64,000 nt of DNA from a virus, in IMG/VR virus record IMGVR_UViG_3300045988_138952, positions 4,722 to 68,721 of that record; one strand, 5' to 3'. Of this stretch, positions 62,283-64,000 are shown piece by piece. Each line of letters starts with the position of its first letter. Positions within the stretch are counted from its first letter, which is position 1. Below the pieces are notes generated by a model. It was not told the origin of the DNA, did no database searches, and saw nothing but the letters and a program-made list of their open reading frames with translations. Made by a program: the position numbers and the translations under genes.

Positions 62283-62464
62283 GTCCTTACGTAATAACTT
62301 CTGCGATTCTTATTACCTATGACGGAAAGAAGATACCGTTGGAAAACATAGAAAGTGAAATAATGACCCGACCTATCCAGTTGACTAAGGAGAGGATACT
62401 CGATGCTTTCTCCATGATGAAAGATAAGCCGGTGGATGTGGAACTTAAAATCAAATATATATGA
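62279..62464 (+). CDS. hypothetical protein (61 aa)
   Basis: ORF coupled to its neighbours by overlapping start and stop codons. Confidence 0.5.
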   Translation: MSPYVITSAILITYDGKKIPLENIESEIMTRPIQLTKERILDAFSMMKDKPVDVELKIKYI

Positions 62465-62751
62465 AGAAAAAAAGAGAGTATATTACAATCACAACCGAGA
62501 CGGACATATATATAGAAGATTATCTCGATGATTTTATGACCGTTGCCTCTGATGAAGATTTGATTGAAGAAATAGAAAAACGAGGGCATGTGGTATATAA
62601 AAAAGGAATTCCCATTACTCCTTTTGGAGAGCAACCTATTGAATTTAACAATCCGACCGATTTAAAAAGGCATTTATGCGACATAGCTAATGCCGGCTAT
62701 TGTATATCCAATGAAGAACTTATCAATGAAATAAAATTAAAACTACCATAA
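62461..62751 (+). CDS. hypothetical protein (96 aa)
   Basis: Translationally coupled ORF. Confidence 0.55.
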   Translation: MKKKREYITITTETDIYIEDYLDDFMTVASDEDLIEEIEKRGHVVYKKGIPITPFGEQPIEFNNPTDLKRHLCDIANAGYCISNEELINEIKLKLP

Positions 62752-62752
62752 C

Positions 62753-63121
62753 ATGATATATAATAAACAGATAATAAGGGGCAAGATACCGAGTAAATCT
62801 AATTGTTATAAAGTTATAACAATCCGCGGTCATGGCAGTCTTGCCAAACAGCCGGCATTGAATGAATATGAAAAGTCGTTCTATCTACAATGTAACCAGT
62901 ACAGAGGCAAGATGATAGCAGGGTTGTTTGAACTTTATTTGAATGTATTCTATGAAAACCAACGCCCAGACCTCGACAATTGTTTCAAGACAGTACTTGA
63001 TTGTCTACAAGGATGCAAAGCTATCAAGAATGACCGTAATTGCGTGAAGATAGTAGCAGAGAAGTTTATAGACAAAGTAAATCCAAGAATAGAATTTATA
63101 ATCAAGGAAGTTGAATTATAA
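62753..63121 (+). CDS. rusA: RusA-family Holliday junction resolvase
   Basis: ..RPDLDNCFKTVLDCLQGCKAIKNDRNCV.. matches the RusA catalytic Asp motif. Confidence 0.75.
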   Translation: MIYNKQIIRGKIPSKSNCYKVITIRGHGSLAKQPALNEYEKSFYLQCNQYRGKMIAGLFELYLNVFYENQRPDLDNCFKTVLDCLQGCKAIKNDRNCVKIVAEKFIDKVNPRIEFIIKEVEL

Positions 63122-63166
63122 AAAATAGACAATTTGAAAGATGCATGAAAATAAAGATGAATAAAC

Positions 63167-64000
63167 ATGGCACGAAACAGAATGATTAAGCCAAAGTTCT
63201 GGGATGATACCAAAATAGGACGTCTTACAAGGGATGCAAGGCTTCTCTATATAGGTCTTTGGAATTTCTCTGATGATTCAGGGACTGTAATAGGTGATTC
63301 TATCTGGTTAAAGTCTAAAATATTTCCGTATGACCAAATCCAAATACAACAGTTTGAAAAATGGATGAACGAGCTTGTGATAAACGGATTTATATGTCTG
63401 CTTTCCTATAAAGGGGAAAGATTCATATATCTGCCAAATTTCACTCGGCATCAAGTAATCAACAAACCTAATTACGAGGATTTGAATATACCTAAATACT
63501 TGATAGACAAAATAAAAGATAATATTCACTTATTAATCACGGAACAATCACGTAATACTACCGTATCATTCACTGAACAATACGTGACTAAAATAGAAGT
63601 AGAAAGAGAAGAAGAATATCCCCCCTATAATTCCCCCCAAGGGGAAGTCTCGCCATCAGGGAACAATGAGAGTGATAAGATAAATTACAATGGTCTTATG
63701 GATACGTTCAACAAGATGTTTGAAGGACGGTTACCCAAAGTTACGGCAATGACAGAAAAACGTAAGAAAGCCGTAAAAGTAAGAGCCGCAGAATATGGAA
63801 AAGAGGCTATTATGGCTGTTTTCAACAACGTTTCTCAATCAGCATTTCTTTTGGGGCATAATAACCAAAACTGGCATTGTGATTTCGACTGGATATTCAG
63901 ACCGACAAATTTCATTAAGATTTTAGAAGGCAATTACAATGGAGAAAGACTTAGTAAAAATCAACAGGATAGCGAGCAGCGAAAACGTGATTCAGTTCTT
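63167..64000 (+). CDS. putative replication initiation / replisome-organiser protein, 3' end outside window
   Basis: ATG at 63167 with an open frame to the window end. N-terminus MARNRMIKPKFWDDTKIGRLTRDARLLYIGLWNFSDDSG is typical of phage replication proteins (from memory). Confidence 0.55.
   Translation, partial: MARNRMIKPKFWDDTKIGRLTRDARLLYIGLWNFSDDSGTVIGDSIWLKSKIFPYDQIQIQQFEKWMNELVINGFICLLSYKGERFIYLPNFTRHQVINKPNYEDLNIPKYLIDKIKDNIHLLITEQSRNTTVSFTEQYVTKIEVEREEEYPPYNSPQGEVSPSGNNESDKINYNGLMDTFNKMFEGRLPKVTAMTEKRKKAVKVRAAEYGKEAIMAVFNNVSQSAFLLGHNNQNWHCDFDWIFRPTNFIKILEGNYNGERLSKNQQDSEQRKRDSVL

Noticed and set aside
1-64000. Stop-codon reassignment (TAG/TGA recoding), as in some Bacteroidetes phages, prompted by the odd tRNA-like genes and the ORF-free islands.
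   Set aside because: Late genes give uninterrupted ORFs of 1409 and 1615 aa, and early genes are intact, in the standard code. I could not read a CUA or UCA anticodon in a valid loop.
1-64000. Diversity-generating retroelement or retron, given the fibres and structured RNAs.
   Set aside because: I found no reverse-transcriptase-like ORF (no YxDD motif protein) anywhere in the window, and no template/variable repeat pair by eye.
1-64000. Prophage-host junctions inside the window.
   Set aside because: Phage-type genes continue on both sides of the integrase and at both window ends. The layout fits a circular or permuted phage genome (or a prophage larger than the window) rather than an attL/attR boundary.

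Overview
The whole 64-kb window reads as the genome of a temperate, siphovirus-like phage of a Bacteroidales host. I saw no clearly cellular genes. The host call rests on Bacteroides-type TAnnTTTG -7 promoter boxes in front of most operons and a Bacteroides-type tyrosine integrase. Layout: (i) 1-1715 (+) is the end of an early operon (KilAC antirepressor fragment). (ii) 35413 down to 1848 (-) is a long late operon: scaffold, decoration-like protein, major capsid, connector proteins, major tail protein, chaperones, 1615-aa tape measure, a 5.5-kb accessory island, Dit, 1409-aa tail-tip protein, fibre, two poly-G-interrupted genes, holin and M15 endolysin, a second fibre, and a post-lysis accessory block. 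(iii) 35866-40362 (+) holds TerL, portal, MuF-like and TerS-like genes. (iv) 40464-42838 (-) holds a D5/P4-type primase-helicase next to an AT-rich repeat region at 42839-44061 that looks like an origin. (v) 44062-47779 (+) is an accessory module with a short tyrosine recombinase. (vi) 47844-50642 (-) holds the integrase and HTH repressors. (vii) 50648-64000 (+) is the early region: operator-flanked promoters, Xis-like HTH, tRNA-like genes, ORF-free GC-rich islands, an HNH endonuclease, YqaJ exonuclease/annealase/SSB-like genes, an AntA-KilAC antirepressor, RusA and a replication protein cut by the window end. The most unusual observations are: two tandem fibre-adjacent genes each split by a G9 tract that is one nucleotide out of frame; an A AAA AAA -1 frameshift site that would fuse an Ig/BACON-like domain onto the major tail protein; promoter-then-terminator gates in front of all three late blocks; tRNA-like genes with oversized anticodon arms; and a 287-bp GGC-NNT repeat inside a gene. 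All functions are inferred by eye from motifs and synteny. No database search was possible.
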